Of a stretch of 64,000 bases of DNA, positions 13,569 to 27,334 are shown piece after piece. The DNA is taken from the NCBI GenBank assembly GCA_023213395.1, contig CM041465.1, forward strand, positions 230,275,741 through 230,339,740, written 5' to 3'. Position 1 is the first letter of the stretch, and the number at the start of each line of letters is the position of its first letter. Both the position numbers and the translations under genes were made by a program. This stretch comes from Cycas panzhihuaensis. Its lineage: Eukaryota; Plantae; Cycadophyta. Under the pieces are notes generated by a model. The model saw nothing but the letters and a program-made list of their open reading frames with translations. It ran no database searches and was not told the DNA's origin.

Positions 13569-13963
13569 ACTCTGATACCCAAATGTTGGCTTTAATAGCA
13601 CTATGTTGGGACATGAATGTAGAAGCTATGAACTATGAAAATGGACCTAACAAGGAAGAGTAATGTACAATGGAGGTGAGTATAAGATAGATAAATGATA
13701 CAACAAATGATAAAAATGTACACGTATAATGCACACAAGATATGTAAAAGGATGGTCAAACTTATTTTATTGAAAGAATCATGTAAATATTTATAGAATA
13801 CCTCATCTCATGTGGAGAATTCTCTTTGTCAACCTTTGTGGGTTGGCACATTTTCCAAGTGACACACATGTTAAGGTGACATGAATATAAAATTCACATA
13901 ATATTGAGAGTGAGAATGGAGTTAGGAATAACATCTAATATAATTGGATATTACTATTCAACA
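13569..13963 (-). mobile_element. Probable 5' LTR (13584-13963) and degenerate PBS (13569-13580) of a minus-strand LTR element D
   Basis: actctgataccc is the reverse complement of a degenerate TGGTATCAGAGC and lies 3 nt from a TG...CA-bounded, LTR-like segment. The far end at 13963 is a best guess. Confidence 0.55.
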
Positions 13964-14450
13964 TAAAGAACACTTGTCACTCATGTAGAGGGTTTCTTTT
14001 TGTATTTATACATGTTCTCTTCTATCAATGAGCATCAAGAATCATTCTTTCATGTTTTCTTTATGCGAAATTGCCTTCATCTTAGCATTCTTAGCACATA
14101 AACTGGCAATTTGTTTAAAAATGGGTTCTAATAACACTTGAATAGAGTTTGAATCTATTCACAATTTTGCAATACACAAACCACTACAATACAAGAAACA
14201 AGAGAGTGATCATTGTTAGAAGACAAGTTTCATGGCTTAGAGCCAAGGGCCAAAAGTTTATTAATTTCTAAGATTTCCATTACAAGCATAGGATCTAAAT
14301 AAATACTCACACAACTCCTTACCCTAAAAGTGACCTTTGACAATTAATTATTATTATTAAGTGATTTAGTTAATTAATCATGGGAGCTTTTGCTATGGAC
14401 TCATTATACTGGCATATCTCTTACAGGTGTTACAACATAAACTTATTATA

Positions 14451-14830
14451 TTATTAATTTGTTTTCAAAAGAATAAAAATAAATGATTGAATATATATCC
14501 ACGACGGCCTATGTCATAAGCCAAGAAGAGGACCAAAGATTGAATGTCTAAAACTACCTACAAGATTAGGTTAGTAGAAACAACCTAATATTTTAGACAT
14601 ATTATCATTTTGAAAGTTCTTAAATTATTTAGCATCTCAAAAACTTTTAAATTATTAATTAGTTTTCAAAGAAAAATATCCAGATGATCGAATTTATGTC
14701 CATAATGACCTATGTCATAGGCTTGGAGTATAACACTTTACAAAGAAGAGAACCAAAGATTAAATTTGCAACTAACTGCAAGGTTAGGTTGGTTGAAACA
14801 ATCTAATTTCTCTTACATACTATCATTTGA
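14451..14830. repeat. Diverged ~200-bp tandem duplication
   Basis: The motif series ttattaatt.gttttcaaa...cctatgtcata...aagaagag.accaaagatt...gaaacaa.ctaat occurs at ~14451 and ~14652. Confidence 0.65.
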
Positions 14831-17800
14831 GTCAAAATCTATTAAAGGCCCATCAAATACATAATTATAACACTTGATCTAACCTTGAATTCAAAGCCAA
14901 AGGGACTTAGAGATTTCCAAGGGGGTGTTGGGAAGATGAAGGCTGCTAGGATTTTTCAGGCTTGTGTTCGCATGACTTGGGTATCTGTGGATATTGTGGC
15001 AACATGCAATGGGAAGATCTCTCTTTGTTTGACATATCCCTTAATGATGATCTTGTGTTTGTGCAATGGATTAGTTGTTTCAAATGGGTTTTGGAAGGGC
15101 GTTTCTTTTGTTTAAGGATCCTCCATAGGTATGGAAGATCAAGAAGGTCCTTATATTGTTTTAGCTAGAGCATGCAAGATGATGTGGAGCTTAGATGGAA
15201 GTTAGGGTTTACCTCTTGGGATGTTAGGGTTTCATCTCTTTCGTTTTGGGAGAATTCCTTATGGATCGATTTGCTCTTATTTGGGTTCGTCTAGAAGCTA
15301 TGCTTGGTGGGATTGTCTGGTTTGCTAGCTATATCATGGAGCTACGATGGTTTGAGATATTTTCAAGCCTCGACATTTGTTTTCTCGCTTGTGGTGGTCT
15401 GGTAGGGTTTTTGGATGTGAGATCTAGTGGTGGTTGATTTTTGGTTATTGATGTAGCACCCCATTCTTGGAGTTTTTGCATGGTTGGCTATGAAGGCTCA
15501 AAGATGGTCCTGTGAGTCTCAATAGATTGGTGGTATGGCTTGGCATTTGGTTCTCTTTTGTTGAGGTATTTTAGGTTGGGATTTCGTGCTAAGACAAGAA
15601 GTATTGGAGCTTGCAAATCTTTTCAGGTAACGATAGGTCTTGAAACCTTTAGGAAGTCATATTGGGCATATGAATCTAAAGTTTTTGCAAGAGAGGGTTT
15701 GTAGCACCAAGAGGCTAGGTGATGGTATGCCATTGGGAGGTCAATAAGCTAGAGAGTAATAGGTGGTGCATGTTTTATGTTCTTCAATTTGTTGGTGGTG
15801 CTTGAGTATTTTAAGTGTGTTTGCAGGAGGACATAGACCTTTGCGGATAATAGTTGATGGTAGACACCTTTGAGTGATAGATTTGTAAGGGTAATAGACG
15901 ATGGGAGGCTTCATTATTAGGGCATGTAGATATACTGACAACTTGGTATGTTCCTTTGGTTGAAAGTAGGCACCTTTGGGTGATAGATCTTTGAGGGTAA
16001 TAGTCGACAAGAGGCCCTATTATGAGGGCATGTGAATATGTTAGTAAATATTTCAAGGGTACTTGCATCCAAGTTGATACAAAGACGAATTGTTGTGTTT
16101 ATTTTGTTTTTCATCATGTTTCACTAATGGATTTAATTCTAGTGCTATCTAAATTCAATACCCAGTGGAGAAGATTAAAGGGAGCCCTTCTTGAAAGGGA
16201 AATCATTGTAGTTTGTTATTTACTAGCGAGAATGCTAACCAATATTGTCGACTTGGCTCTAAGAGTTTAAAGCAGTTCAATTCTTTGAACCTAGAGTTAT
16301 TCCATCCCAACAAAGCATAGGTGACTATGGAGCTTCTATCTCTCATATTGCTCAGCTAAAATTATGGTGGTGATTTGTGCAACCCACACTTGTAGTGGGG
16401 TATTATTTTTTGAGAAGAGAACAACATAATGGTTATACAAGTTTGTGGTAACTATTGGAGGAGGTTAGGTTTGGTTAAAGAGCATACTCTGTTACAACAT
16501 TGTGATGTAGTCGATGGTTGATTTCATGGAATGTTAGGGGCCTTACAACCTTTGCTTGTCATGCTTGCAATCTCTTGGTTTGGTTAGGGCTTCATGAGCA
16601 TTTTGAGTGGTTCCAGTAATGATGGTCTCAAGCTCCTTTTTTTTTGGGGGGGGGGGGGGGTGTTAGGGGGTTTCGAGGCTGGTGGTTATAGTTATTCCCT
16701 AAAATGGATGAGGCCAAGTGCAATCCTTGGGTGACTTTTGGCATATTAGATTCCCCTTTCTTGTGGCATCTTATGCTATAGTGCTGACCCCACTTTACAG
16801 GGACTTTCCTATCCAAAAGGGAAAAAAAACCATTGAACACAAGACTCCATGACAAGTGTGGAGTTCATCCCAATATCTTGGATGAATTGAATGAACAAAT
16901 GAGGCCTCCATAGGTGTATTTGTACTAGTTTATCAATTTCCATTCTAAGTTAGCCTCCTTATAATGTATTAAAATATTCACACTGGTTTTCTTGTACCCT
17001 TTCATCTAGACTAGCCTCATTAGAATGTAATCAAATATTAGCATGTTGACCTAAAGGCAAGTCTACCTTGTCCATAATATAATAGTACCATAAAGGCTTG
17101 TCCCACTTTAAAACCTTGACCAAATCTCTAACTAGACCTCTAATTTTGGTTTCACTAGTATCATGGTGGTTTCATCCCTCTTCCTTTGCTAGCTCTCAGC
17201 CTTGGTTGCATAATCTTTTGATAAAGCTACAACTTTTGTAGTTATGTCTAGAAGAAAGTGTTGATTGACCCATGTTGAGTTATGAGGGTTTCTACTAATA
17301 TTTATGTTGGTTTGCTTGCTTGTGCTTGCCTTAATGTAAATGGTGTTTAGTGTTAGCCTTTGCTTTGTAGGTTGTGATCAACAATGTAATTTTTTTGTCC
17401 TAGTTTGCTAACTTTGGCCATTGTATTGTTGATGATGCATTCTTCTTGTCACTATGTCATGGACAAATGCTTCTTAGGTTTTGTGTGTTGTGCCCTTGTT
17501 GCATTGGAAAATAGGAGGGCACAAACACCCCCTTGTTTTATGAATATGTTTTCCTTACATGGGCAATGCTTATGCTTGCACTATACATTAAAAAAAAAAA
17601 GAGGGCACAAGTGCCCTCTTGTTCTATCACCATGTTGGCCTACAAGAGCACTACAAGATTGGAGAATGCTTATGCTTACACTATATAAAAGGAAAATAGG
17701 AAAGCACAAGTACCCCTTTCTTTTGTGACCATGTTTGCCTACAGAAGCACTACAACATTGGGGAATGTTTATCCTCACATTATACAAAAAAGGATAGAGT

Positions 17801-19796
17801 ATGATTTGCAATGGTATCAAGGGGGTAAAAATATGAAAACATAGAGAATAAAGTCTCAAGTATGACTACATGTAGAGTCCATGGCTAGTTTATATTTAAA
17901 CTCAACATATTATTGTGGGATAGAAGTAAACATTGAAGTGGATGTGCCATACTCTAATTCAATATATCAATGATTGGTAAAAGTCAACAATGAAATTGTT
18001 TCAAGAAGATAGAATTAGACAAGGAAGATGGCTGTATAACTTCCATTAAATTCATGATTGAGTAGTTCATGGAGCCCTATGAAGGTATGTTATGGGATTC
18101 TTTTGAATAACTAATGATATGGATTCACAAGAGTTGGAGACAGAACAAGAAGAAGATTTGGAAGAATTTTGGGACTCCCAATTTGTGGAATCAAAGAAGG
18201 AAGAAACTTTCGAAATGCAAGCAAAGAAAAATTCTGAAGAAAATGAAGAAGAATTAGAGGACGATTACGAAGAAGGTAGGCAACATAAACCGATGAGACT
18301 ATTCAAGTTCTAATTATGATACACAAATCAATGAAACTCTACAAGTCCAATTTAATGAAATATAAAATAAATTTTAGGGGTGTGTCACTGACAACATTGT
18401 GTCAAGTATTGAAGGGACCTACATATCTGGGAGAAGCAATTGGAGGACCATCCTACACATTTGAGAGAAAAGTAATTGGAGGATGATACAAAGACCACTA
18501 AAACTGTGCAAATTTTAATTTGAGGAAAGAATGAAAAGGGTTTTAGGGGCACAACACATACAATGCTATATTAAGTAATGGAGGGACCTACACATCCAAG
18601 ACAGAAGTAAATGGAGGACCCTATTTTTGCTAGCAAAGGGCCAATCTTTTATTGGTATATAGTCCATGGGAGGAAACTTATAGAGTGGTCAATATCATGA
18701 ATGCACTTTGAAATGAGGTTTGGAGGGGGAGAAAACACAAATACTAGACACTAACAATGAGCATTGGAGGAATATATTAAGAAATGTAGAGGGGAATTGA
18801 AACAATAAGGGATATAAAAAATCACCTCACAACATTTATCTATTGCCACCATGATGAGAATCATAAGGCTCAAGTGGAGAATCATAACAATATAGAGTTG
18901 TTAAATGAAAGAATTACAAAATAATACTTTTATAAACCTTCTCATATGGAAAAAATTGAAAGTAGTAGTTCACCAGAACGAGAGTGATAAAGGCTTGAGT
19001 GGAGAACCATAACAATAAAGAGTTATTAAATGGAAGGATTACAAAATAATACCATGGAAACCTTCTTATATAAAGGGATGGGAAAAGGCTACTTAGGTGC
19101 TCCAAAGAATTGAAAGTAGTAGTTGGAAAAAATGAAGCATCTTATAAGTCATCACTACTTTAACATCTTAAATGTCATTGGTACTTTATCACACAATCTA
19201 GCAATTCAAGGTGAAAGCATGGTACAAGAACAAAATTCTAGGATGATGTATCAAGTGAAGATGAGGAGTTTAGGGAAGAAAAGGAGTTCCCTATGGTATT
19301 CACACAATTGATATATGGAGAAAGCACAACAAATGAAAGTTTCGACACAAATGTTAGGATGTGTTAGAATCAGAGGATTGGTCTGAATTCGAGGATGAAG
19401 CTTCAAGTGAAAATGAGGAACTTAGGGAACAATAGTAGTTCCCTAATAATATATGTACAATTGACATATGGGGAAAGAACAGTAAATAAACTTTTGGCAC
19501 AAACTTAAAGAAGATAAAATGTGAGTATGCCATGAGGAGTACAAAGCCCAAAAAATAAATATTAAAACTAAGCCTCCTCCCAAAAATATCATCTTGAAGG
19601 GATTACTAGGACTTTGTTGTAATAAAAAAAACTTAAACATTACTCATACAATATAAAGATGTGTTTCTATGGTTGGATGAGTTTTGGCATTCTACCATAA
19701 CTTGGAAGCTAGTGCATTAAGTTGGTAGGGTTAGACAAAGGCCTTACCAAATGAATTTAAAAGTCAAAGATCAAGTTAAAGTGGAATTGGATAAAA

Positions 19797-20835
19797 TGTT
19801 GGCCACAACATGTGCACACACATACACACACATGTAGTGTGCATGCACACATACATATATGCATATAAATACACACACATGTAGTTAGATGCACTGAACA
19901 CATTTTAGTAAAACTTAAACACAACTAAACTAGCACACATTTTAACTAACGTATACCTCAACTAGCTAACGACCTAACTAACACACACCCCTCCATAATG
20001 TTCAATTTATTAGATTTGAATCTCAGATGATCCCTCAACATCAGAAACTTGTCCTTGCTCAAAGGCTTTGTAAATATGTCTATAGGTTGCTATTGAGTAG
20101 GACAATAAAACAATTCCAGTTGCTTATTCTTTGACAAAGTTGTGATGATAAATCCCAATATGTTTTGTTCTAGTATGGAAAATTGGATTCTTTGCCAACT
20201 TTGTTACACTATGATTTTCACAAAACAATGGAGTGGATTTCTCCTGTAGAAGATTTAAGTCTACTAAGATTCTTTTGAGTCATACTAACTCATAAATTGC
20301 TGCAACTACTGCTTTATATTTTGCTTTTGTCAATGACAAAGAAAATTGTTACCTATTTCTTGCTACTCTAAGAGATGAGACATGTATCAAACCTAAAACA
20401 ATACCCTGAAGTCAATTTTCTATCATCTTTGCTTCCATCCCAATGTGAATTAGTATAACCAACTAGCTTGAAATCCACCACTTGTGTATACTCTAATCCA
20501 AAGAGTAATGCCACTTTAACATATTTCAATTTTCTCTTAGCTACTTTCTAATGAGATATTTTTGATGTTATCATAAATCGTGAAATAACACCAATGACAA
20601 ACAAAATATCAGGTCTAGTAATAGTGAGATAAATGAGACTACCTATTGACCTTTGATACAAGGTGCTATCAACATGTTTGCCATCCTCGTCAACTAACAA
20701 TTTGTAGCCTATCTCCATTGGTGTAGGTACAAACTTGTAATTTGTCATCTTAAACCTACTTAAACCTACTAAATAATTCTCAGGCATATTTAGTTTGATA
20801 CATAAACACTTGTCTTCTTGCCAGATCTTCATACC
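19797..20835 (-). mobile_element. Minus-strand copia remnant I: RT C-terminus/RNase H (19992-20835) and 3' LTR (~19797-19987)
   Basis: ORF 20548-20832 reads YQRSIGSLIYLTITRPDI. The reverse complement of ~20000-20110 reads DIFTKPLSKDKF..LRDHL. PPT atggagggg is followed by a TG...CA, (TG)n-rich LTR. Confidence 0.8.
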
Positions 20836-21663
20836 TATTGGAATTAATCAAAGGATTATATGCTCAATCATTCAACATACAAACCACAATTAATGAAATG
20901 AAATGAACTCAAACAAGGTTTAGGGTTAGAGACAATTGTGTATTAGATTTATAGTGGTAAAACTCTTGAGAGTGAAGAGAAGCATCCACTTTGAAATATG
21001 TTCTTATATTAATCAATGAGAGTCTCTAACACACATACAAGTATCTTCACCAACACACCAAGAGGACTACATCTCTAGTAATGATTCTTACTGTTCAATG
21101 ATCTCATATGAGGCATATAAACAGTCGGCCACCTCTAAGAGAACCAATCATAATATATTATCACAAGAACCAATAACATATCATAAATCCACCACAATAT
21201 GGAACAAAAGGAATACGTGACACCACCACACAAATGTGTCCACTAAACAACATTACCATACACAACATTTTTAGCATCCTCTCTTAATGTTGACTAAGAA
21301 AAAAAATTCTCTATTGCTCAAAATATCAATGAAGCCATCATCAACTATAAAATGAAATGAAGTATGAATAAATTTATCATATGTCACATGCGGTTCACAT
21401 TCACTTGCAGATATTCTTGTAACAACACTTGTGTCCATGATATTTGATATGAAAGCATACTGTGATTGAGTCTTCCTTAAATCTGATGGATCACTAACAT
21501 TAGTACCTATAGTTTCAACAATATTTTTAATCCAAACACGAAGAGAATTGCTAGAATTAATCTTACCATTATCACCTGTCAAGGGTAAAGAATCATCACA
21601 AGAATCAAGAATCAAAGTCTCAATCTTTACCTTTAGACACAAAAGTAGGAGAAGGTTTTTCAT
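20836..21663 (-). mobile_element. Heavily deleted minus-strand copia remnant J with 3' LTR ~20836-21276, abutting/inserted in element I
   Basis: ORF 21271-21663 joins an INT-RT linker-like segment (VSDPSDLRKTQSQYAFIS) to an RNase H-end-like segment (...NIKRGC). PPT aagagagga precedes TG at 21276 on the minus strand. Confidence 0.5.
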
Positions 21664-22849
21664 CTAATATGTTCAAAGCACAGGGGGCTAAACTATAGGG
21701 GCAACTTAAAAGTAGAGGTGGGGGAAGGTGATCCACCAAATTCAAAATTTTTGGTAGCGAAAATAAATTTTGGTGACATTTTTGGATGTTGATCAAGGAT
21801 GCTTAACGTTTTCAAACCTTGGGAAAGATGTTAGTAAAAGATTTGGCACTTCAGCATTGGGAATGGTTCAATGAATGGCTCTAGTAGTGAAAATGACAAG
21901 AATTGAGTGAACAATCATAAAACTTACACAATGGAACAGTTGGGAATAGTTTTAGATTGATGGTTTTGATGAACAATGGATGTTTATTAGGGAACACTTC
22001 TATGTTGATCCAGAGGGTGATGATTGTACGATCGTACGATGTATGAATGTATTCGAGGACATAAGTTATTAAGTGTAATTAGGGTTATGTTATCAAAAGG
22101 CAAAAGCTATGTTGTAAACTCACTTTTTTTTTTGTTGTTGGAAAAAGGTGTATAAATAGGTCACTTTCTAGCATTTGTTCAATGGTGAGAGTCGAACATT
22201 GAATCATATGGAATGTTCTCAAGTGTGAGAAGCAAAGCATTGTATTCAGGTGGTGATTAATGAAATAACAAGCTATGAAGGAATATCTTGTATAATGTGT
22301 ATGATGATGGTTGGCTATGTATGTTGTAAGTATTGTATAATGTTGCATATATTATAATGTTTCCCTAAGATGCAACCAACATCTAAGGAGTAATGTCAAG
22401 GTGAAGAGGCCACAAGTCTAATACGTTAGTAGGTAGTTTCAAGATGCCACTTTGCTGAGTATCAATCAACAACCATAGGGTAATGTCCCCCTTTTTGGTC
22501 TACTAGATTTCACCATTAGAGGTGGTCATTCCCTCAAGAAAGGAGGGGGCATTTAAGCTATTTGCCTTCAAAATGTTAGTTTAATTAGAGGCAAATATAG
22601 TTGCCTAATTATGTGGATAATTAATTATCATATTATTTAGAGATCCTCTTCTCTAGGGTGCCTTGGCCTTACAATCCTTCTCGTGGACAAACCACTTATC
22701 AAACCCATCCCCATGGGTTTAGTGCTAGGGTTGGTACTTTGGCCTACTAAGTTTAGCCTTGTGAACTTGCCCTTACTCTCTCTTTGGGCTACCACAAAAC
22801 TATAGAGAAAAATTGCATGCATCCTTGAAAATAGATCACCCATGTCTTA

Positions 22850-23060
22850 TGGTTTGTTTATTGCATTAGTTTCTCATTCCTTGTGGCTCCTTATGCATCC
22901 CCGTGTATGAGGTCATATGCATCCTCGTGCATATGAACAATCCTATTCTCATGCATCCCCCTACACAAGAACATATGCACCCCTATGCATATGAGCTACT
23001 CTACTCTTATGCATCCCCTTGCATGAAGGCATGAGCATCCTTGTGCACATGGATAACTAG
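22850..23060. repeat. Degenerate short tandem repeats (atgcatcc core)
   Basis: About six recurrences of (t/c)atgcatcccc-like motifs. Confidence 0.6.
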
Positions 23061-24950
23061 GGATTCAGTGAGCTCGTCAAGCTTGAGTTTGTGGCTTTTA
23101 GTTCATAATTATACCTGCACTAATTATTCATCAAAGTCAACTTGACAAAAAGCTAAATAATAGGAATAAAATAGCATGGAAACATCTTTTTACAAGGAAA
23201 CATTCTTTTATTCAAGGCCATGCCTTAAATTAAAGCCATGGTTCCTTTATCTTCCATAATCATTTATAAAAGGAAATCACCATGAAATACATATAACCAT
23301 AGTACATTTCCATGAGAACCATAACGATCTAAATTGAGACATTTTCAATTTCATGGTTCTTTTAATTGCCATGAATGCACACTTAAGAAATTCTCCATGA
23401 ACATAAAGGTCATGCTTGAGCCACAATTGATCACAAAATTCGTTATCACAAGAGTTTCATGGAGTCTTTGTGGACTGTTCTATGGCTCAACCACTAAATT
23501 AATCTAGTTGCTATGGTCAAAAACCATTTAATGCAAAGCCCTAGTCTACAATTCAATATGTGCATGGCTAAACAATCCCTTTCAACCATAATTTTTTCAA
23601 CATCATGCATACAACTTTTTTGTTTTTTTAACTTTGAATTTTTGCCTATATAGGTGGGGCCCATAGCCACTATATGGCCTACAAGATAGAAAGCCATACA
23701 CATGTCTTGTAGGTTTGTACATATGTTCCTAATGAATGTAATAGTCCATATGATTGGACTATAGGCCAGACAATTTATATTTTAGTTGTACGACCTACCA
23801 AGTCTTCATTAAGGTTGTACGGAAATGTTACAAGACTATATGGATTGCGCATAAATGCATGAGTGTTGCAGGTCCATATAGATTTGAGGGCCACATAGTC
23901 CTCTAGCATCAATAAATGTCCTATTCTAGTTGTACTATGAGTACATTGAAATTGACCAACTAGGGTAAGTATGTGAAAAGGGGGAGATTTGAGAAAGAAA
24001 GGGAGAATAATTTTAGAAAATAGATGCAATAAGTGAACTATTGTACATTGGTCACTCTTCAAGAATGATCCTTGATTTGTACCCTCCATGGGCTGACCTA
24101 CGAAATGCTCCTACGAGTTGTCACAAAATGCCTTTGTAACTAACTTGCCATTTACTATGTGTCACAAGAGGGAAATTAACCTTTAACCTCAACAAGTCCA
24201 AAAAAAAGTGATGAATACTCTTAAGAGAGGCAATGAGAATCAAATACAAATAGTGGCCTCTCCTTTGTCAATTGAGAGGCAAGCTTCATTCACTAGACTT
24301 CCATAAATTGTCTCAGGGAGGATTCCTTAAGGAAGTCTTCCTATATAAGCACATGATGAGTGAAGGAAATCATTTACTATCATAGAGGTGCTAAGAGCTA
24401 TTTGAGGAAGAGAAGAAAGCAACTTGGGGAGGGCCAAGCAAGTTGAGGAGGACAAGAAGCCACCTTCCATTGACCTTGGTATGTCAATAGTAACACAAGT
24501 GCATTCCAATAGGAGAATTGTCTTAAGTGTATGGGCATTGCAAAATTGGAATTCAATAGGCTAGACCAATGTATGCAGGATTTGAATGGGATAAGGCATA
24601 CTAATTGTATGTAGGGGTGTGCATCAGGAGAGTAATCATGCATGCTATGCCCAGCAATTTGTTAGCATAGGGTGTTAACATGAAAGGTCAATTTATTGAT
24701 TGTGTTAATGATTAATGAAAGGCTATGGAATTAATCCAAGGCCATGGTGTGTGACTCTTGGGCAAAGGTTAAATGGCCATTCTCACATTGGATTTGATGT
24801 GAGAGCTGAGTTACCAAGTCTTGTGTGATGTTTTGCTACATACAATTTAGTATGCATTGACATTCATAAGTATTAATGCTACAACAGTTAAGACCATACT
24901 TGTTTATGTTTTAAATATGTATGCCTTTTATCCTGGTTAGCGCATGAAAA

Positions 24951-25068
24951 TGTGTAGTATCAAGGACGTGCAAAATGGTACAACATACCAAACATGGAGC
25001 ATACGAATGTGTCGTATCAAGGGCGTGCAAAATGGTACAACATACCAAACATGGAGCATACGACTGTG
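24951..25068. repeat. Tandem duplication, 2 x 57 bp
   Basis: gt.gtatcaagg.cgtgcaaaatggtacaacataccaaacatggagcatacga at 24954 and 25011. Confidence 0.9.
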
Positions 25069-26033
25069 AGCATTCCTTCGAATTGTTTCTCCCAAGAAGC
25101 ATGAAATGTATAGGCATTGTATGCATGAATCATGTTAACGTCTTAACTACAACATAGCCCAATAGTTAACATTGATTGGGGTCCATGAAAATTTGAATTA
25201 AATTCATACTGACCTTTGATTATCATCTCCTACAAGAATGGTTAATAATGTGCATCTTTCAAAACCATGGGATGCGGTTCCTAAAGATGGAAATTTGGAC
25301 TAGTTCATCAATGGTGGCCTTGCAGAGTTGGGGAGACAGGTGTAGGTGAGGAGAGTGCTCCACAACATGAGAGTGAGCTTGTACCTTGAGAATCTTCCTC
25401 TTGGTCAGTATGTTGAGGATTGAAACCTTGATAGCCTTCTAGACAATGGAGGAGGAGGAACTACTATTAGTTTGGCTGTTTTGCTTTTGACATTTTGTTT
25501 CTTTGGTTTTGAAAGTATGCCATATGATTATCATTTAGGCTCGTAGCTTGAAGGGCCAAGGCTTATAGAGCATACAATATATCCATCATTCATATACATT
25601 TGTCATTTACAATATTTGATTTTCATTTTATCATCTTTGGTTCGTAGACTTGTAACTTCAATATATATTGTGCCACCTCCAAAGTGTTAAAACGTACATG
25701 CATCTTAGATGTAGATTCTACTGTTGGATTGATTTTGAATTCTTGATGCATGACTTGGGATATTGCAAACATGGATGGCAATTTGTAATCTCATATCATT
25801 CAGCTTCTTTCTTTGCTGTCTTTTTGCCTTTCAGCTTCATTACGTTCCGTATATAAAACAGGTTGAATCTTCATGTTTCCTCCGAGGCATCATGTATCTC
25901 CATTAAAACATCCATTCAAGTAGGTACTTCACGTGGATGTAATGTTTAAATATTCAGTGAGATGATTGAAGTTTGCCGTGGTTCTTTGTATCGAAGGACC
26001 ATCCTGTTAACTCTGGCTCACCTTTACATACAG

Positions 26034-26080
26034 CAACTCGTTGAACAGTATCTTCACAGCGCAATTTCGTACCACACCAG
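26034..26080 (+). CDS. Host gene exon a (may extend 5' to an in-frame ATG at 25962): QLVEQYLHSAISYHTR
   Basis: Acceptor ...ctcacctttacatacag at 26033 and donor GTAAAA at 26081. Phase 2 joins exon b in frame. Confidence 0.65.
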
Positions 26081-26232
26081 GTAAAACCTGCAGTTCTTTC
26101 AAAATCAGATTATAATTTTGCTCTGATTTACGAGAAAGCCACTGTCAAAATGCTGTAAAACCAAAAGGCATTTACATATTGAGACACTTGGTGTGGAAAT
26201 GTAATACGTTTTATTGATCTGGATATGTTTAG

Positions 26233-26397
26233 GGCACTGGAACATCTGAGCTCAGCATTCGCAGCTGTTACCCGAGCACGAACGAATGCTAGGGATGCGG
26301 CATATCTTCGCACTCTTGCAGCGGCTGCAGGTGTCTCAGTTAAAGACTACCAAAGGTTGCTAGAGATGTTCAGGAAGATTGACATTGATAATACCGG
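26233..26397 (+). CDS. Host gene exon b: ALEHLSSAFAAVTRARTNARDAAYLRTLAAAAGVSVKDYQRLLEMFRKIDIDNTG
   Basis: tttag acceptor and GTACAA donor at 26398. GC-richer than the flanks. Ends inside an EF-hand loop. Confidence 0.85.
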
Positions 26398-26669
26398 GTA
26401 CAATTTGCTAAACTTGATGATAACATCACAATCCTAGAAATCCTGTTACATAAACACTGTAAACAACGATTAAGGGTTTGTTCTAGTGGTGGAGATCATT
26501 GTTCGTCGCCCATAGGTTGACTAGAATCATTCTCATACAGTAAAAATTTTCCTTCCTTTTAATTTTTTTTTCGGTTGTGTATGACATTGTACCCCAACTC
26601 CTAAACTGGGTTCGAAATAAAGGTTTTCTTCTTGCTTGTATCTCTCACGATATTCTTGTTGTTTTGCAG

Positions 26670-26718
26670 ATCTATCAGTAAAAGAGAGTTGATGACTGCA
26701 ATGAAGCGGGACAAGGAT
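26670..26718 (+). CDS. Host gene exon c: SISKRELMTAMKRDKD (completes EF-hand 1 loop DIDNTGSISKRE)
   Basis: ttttgcag acceptor and GTAAGG donor. Splicing restores a canonical DxDxxGxIxxxE loop. Confidence 0.85.
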
Positions 26719-27048
26719 GTAAGGATATAAGTACTCTGAGTTTCTTATTTTGATGAAAACGTTCATGCCCAATACCAATTTGTTTGAGTTTATATTTAAC
26801 TAAAAGTTGTTTAAAAGTGAAATAAATATCAGTTGCAGAAACATAATAGAAATTGTCTTCCCTTTCAAGTTTTATCTAGTCCATTACTTTTCTCACTTAG
26901 GAGAGTTGACCAACATTTTACACCCCCAATATTTTGCGTAGCCTCCATTGGCTATTTCACTTCATTAAAAATAAGTTTCCACCCGGCTATTATTACCATA
27001 GCAATGGTTACATTCCCTTTCTAAGATAATCAAAGGACTATCTTGTAG

Positions 27049-27139
27049 ATTGCTGCATTCATGCAACTGTCCCGTGCTAAAGGCAAAGACGGGAGGCGAG
27101 AATCGTTCGAGTCTGTGTTCAATCGCATCGACACTTCAG
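27049..27139 (+). CDS. Host gene exon d: IAAFMQLSRAKGKDGRRESFESVFNRIDTS
   Basis: tcttgtag acceptor and GTAGAA donor; frame is consistent with exons c and e. Confidence 0.85.
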
Positions 27140-27334
27140 GTAGAAATGATTATTGTCTGCACCTGCATTAAGTCCGTCCAGATTTTACCTTAATCTTAGC
27201 TCATGTTATTATAATTGTCCGTGTCTTCTCATCACACAAATCCTTAATTTCTAAATTTCTAGTGTTGCTTTTTATTTATTACATATATTCTCCTTTTTTT
27301 TCTTTTAAAAATTTTTCTTTTCTTTTATTTGTAG

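Noticed and set aside
18119-18313. Glu-rich ORF as a host gene
   Set aside because: Short, low-complexity, embedded in degenerate repeats, with no splice structure.
20836-21257. Solo LTR with TSD atacc/ttacc
   Set aside because: A PPT and RNase H-end-like codons at 21277-21300 on the minus strand fit better with a 3' LTR extending to 21276.
25862-25923. Possible additional upstream exon of the EF-hand gene (AG...GT bounded)
   Set aside because: No recognisable coding signal, and the phase does not convincingly join exon a; unsupported.
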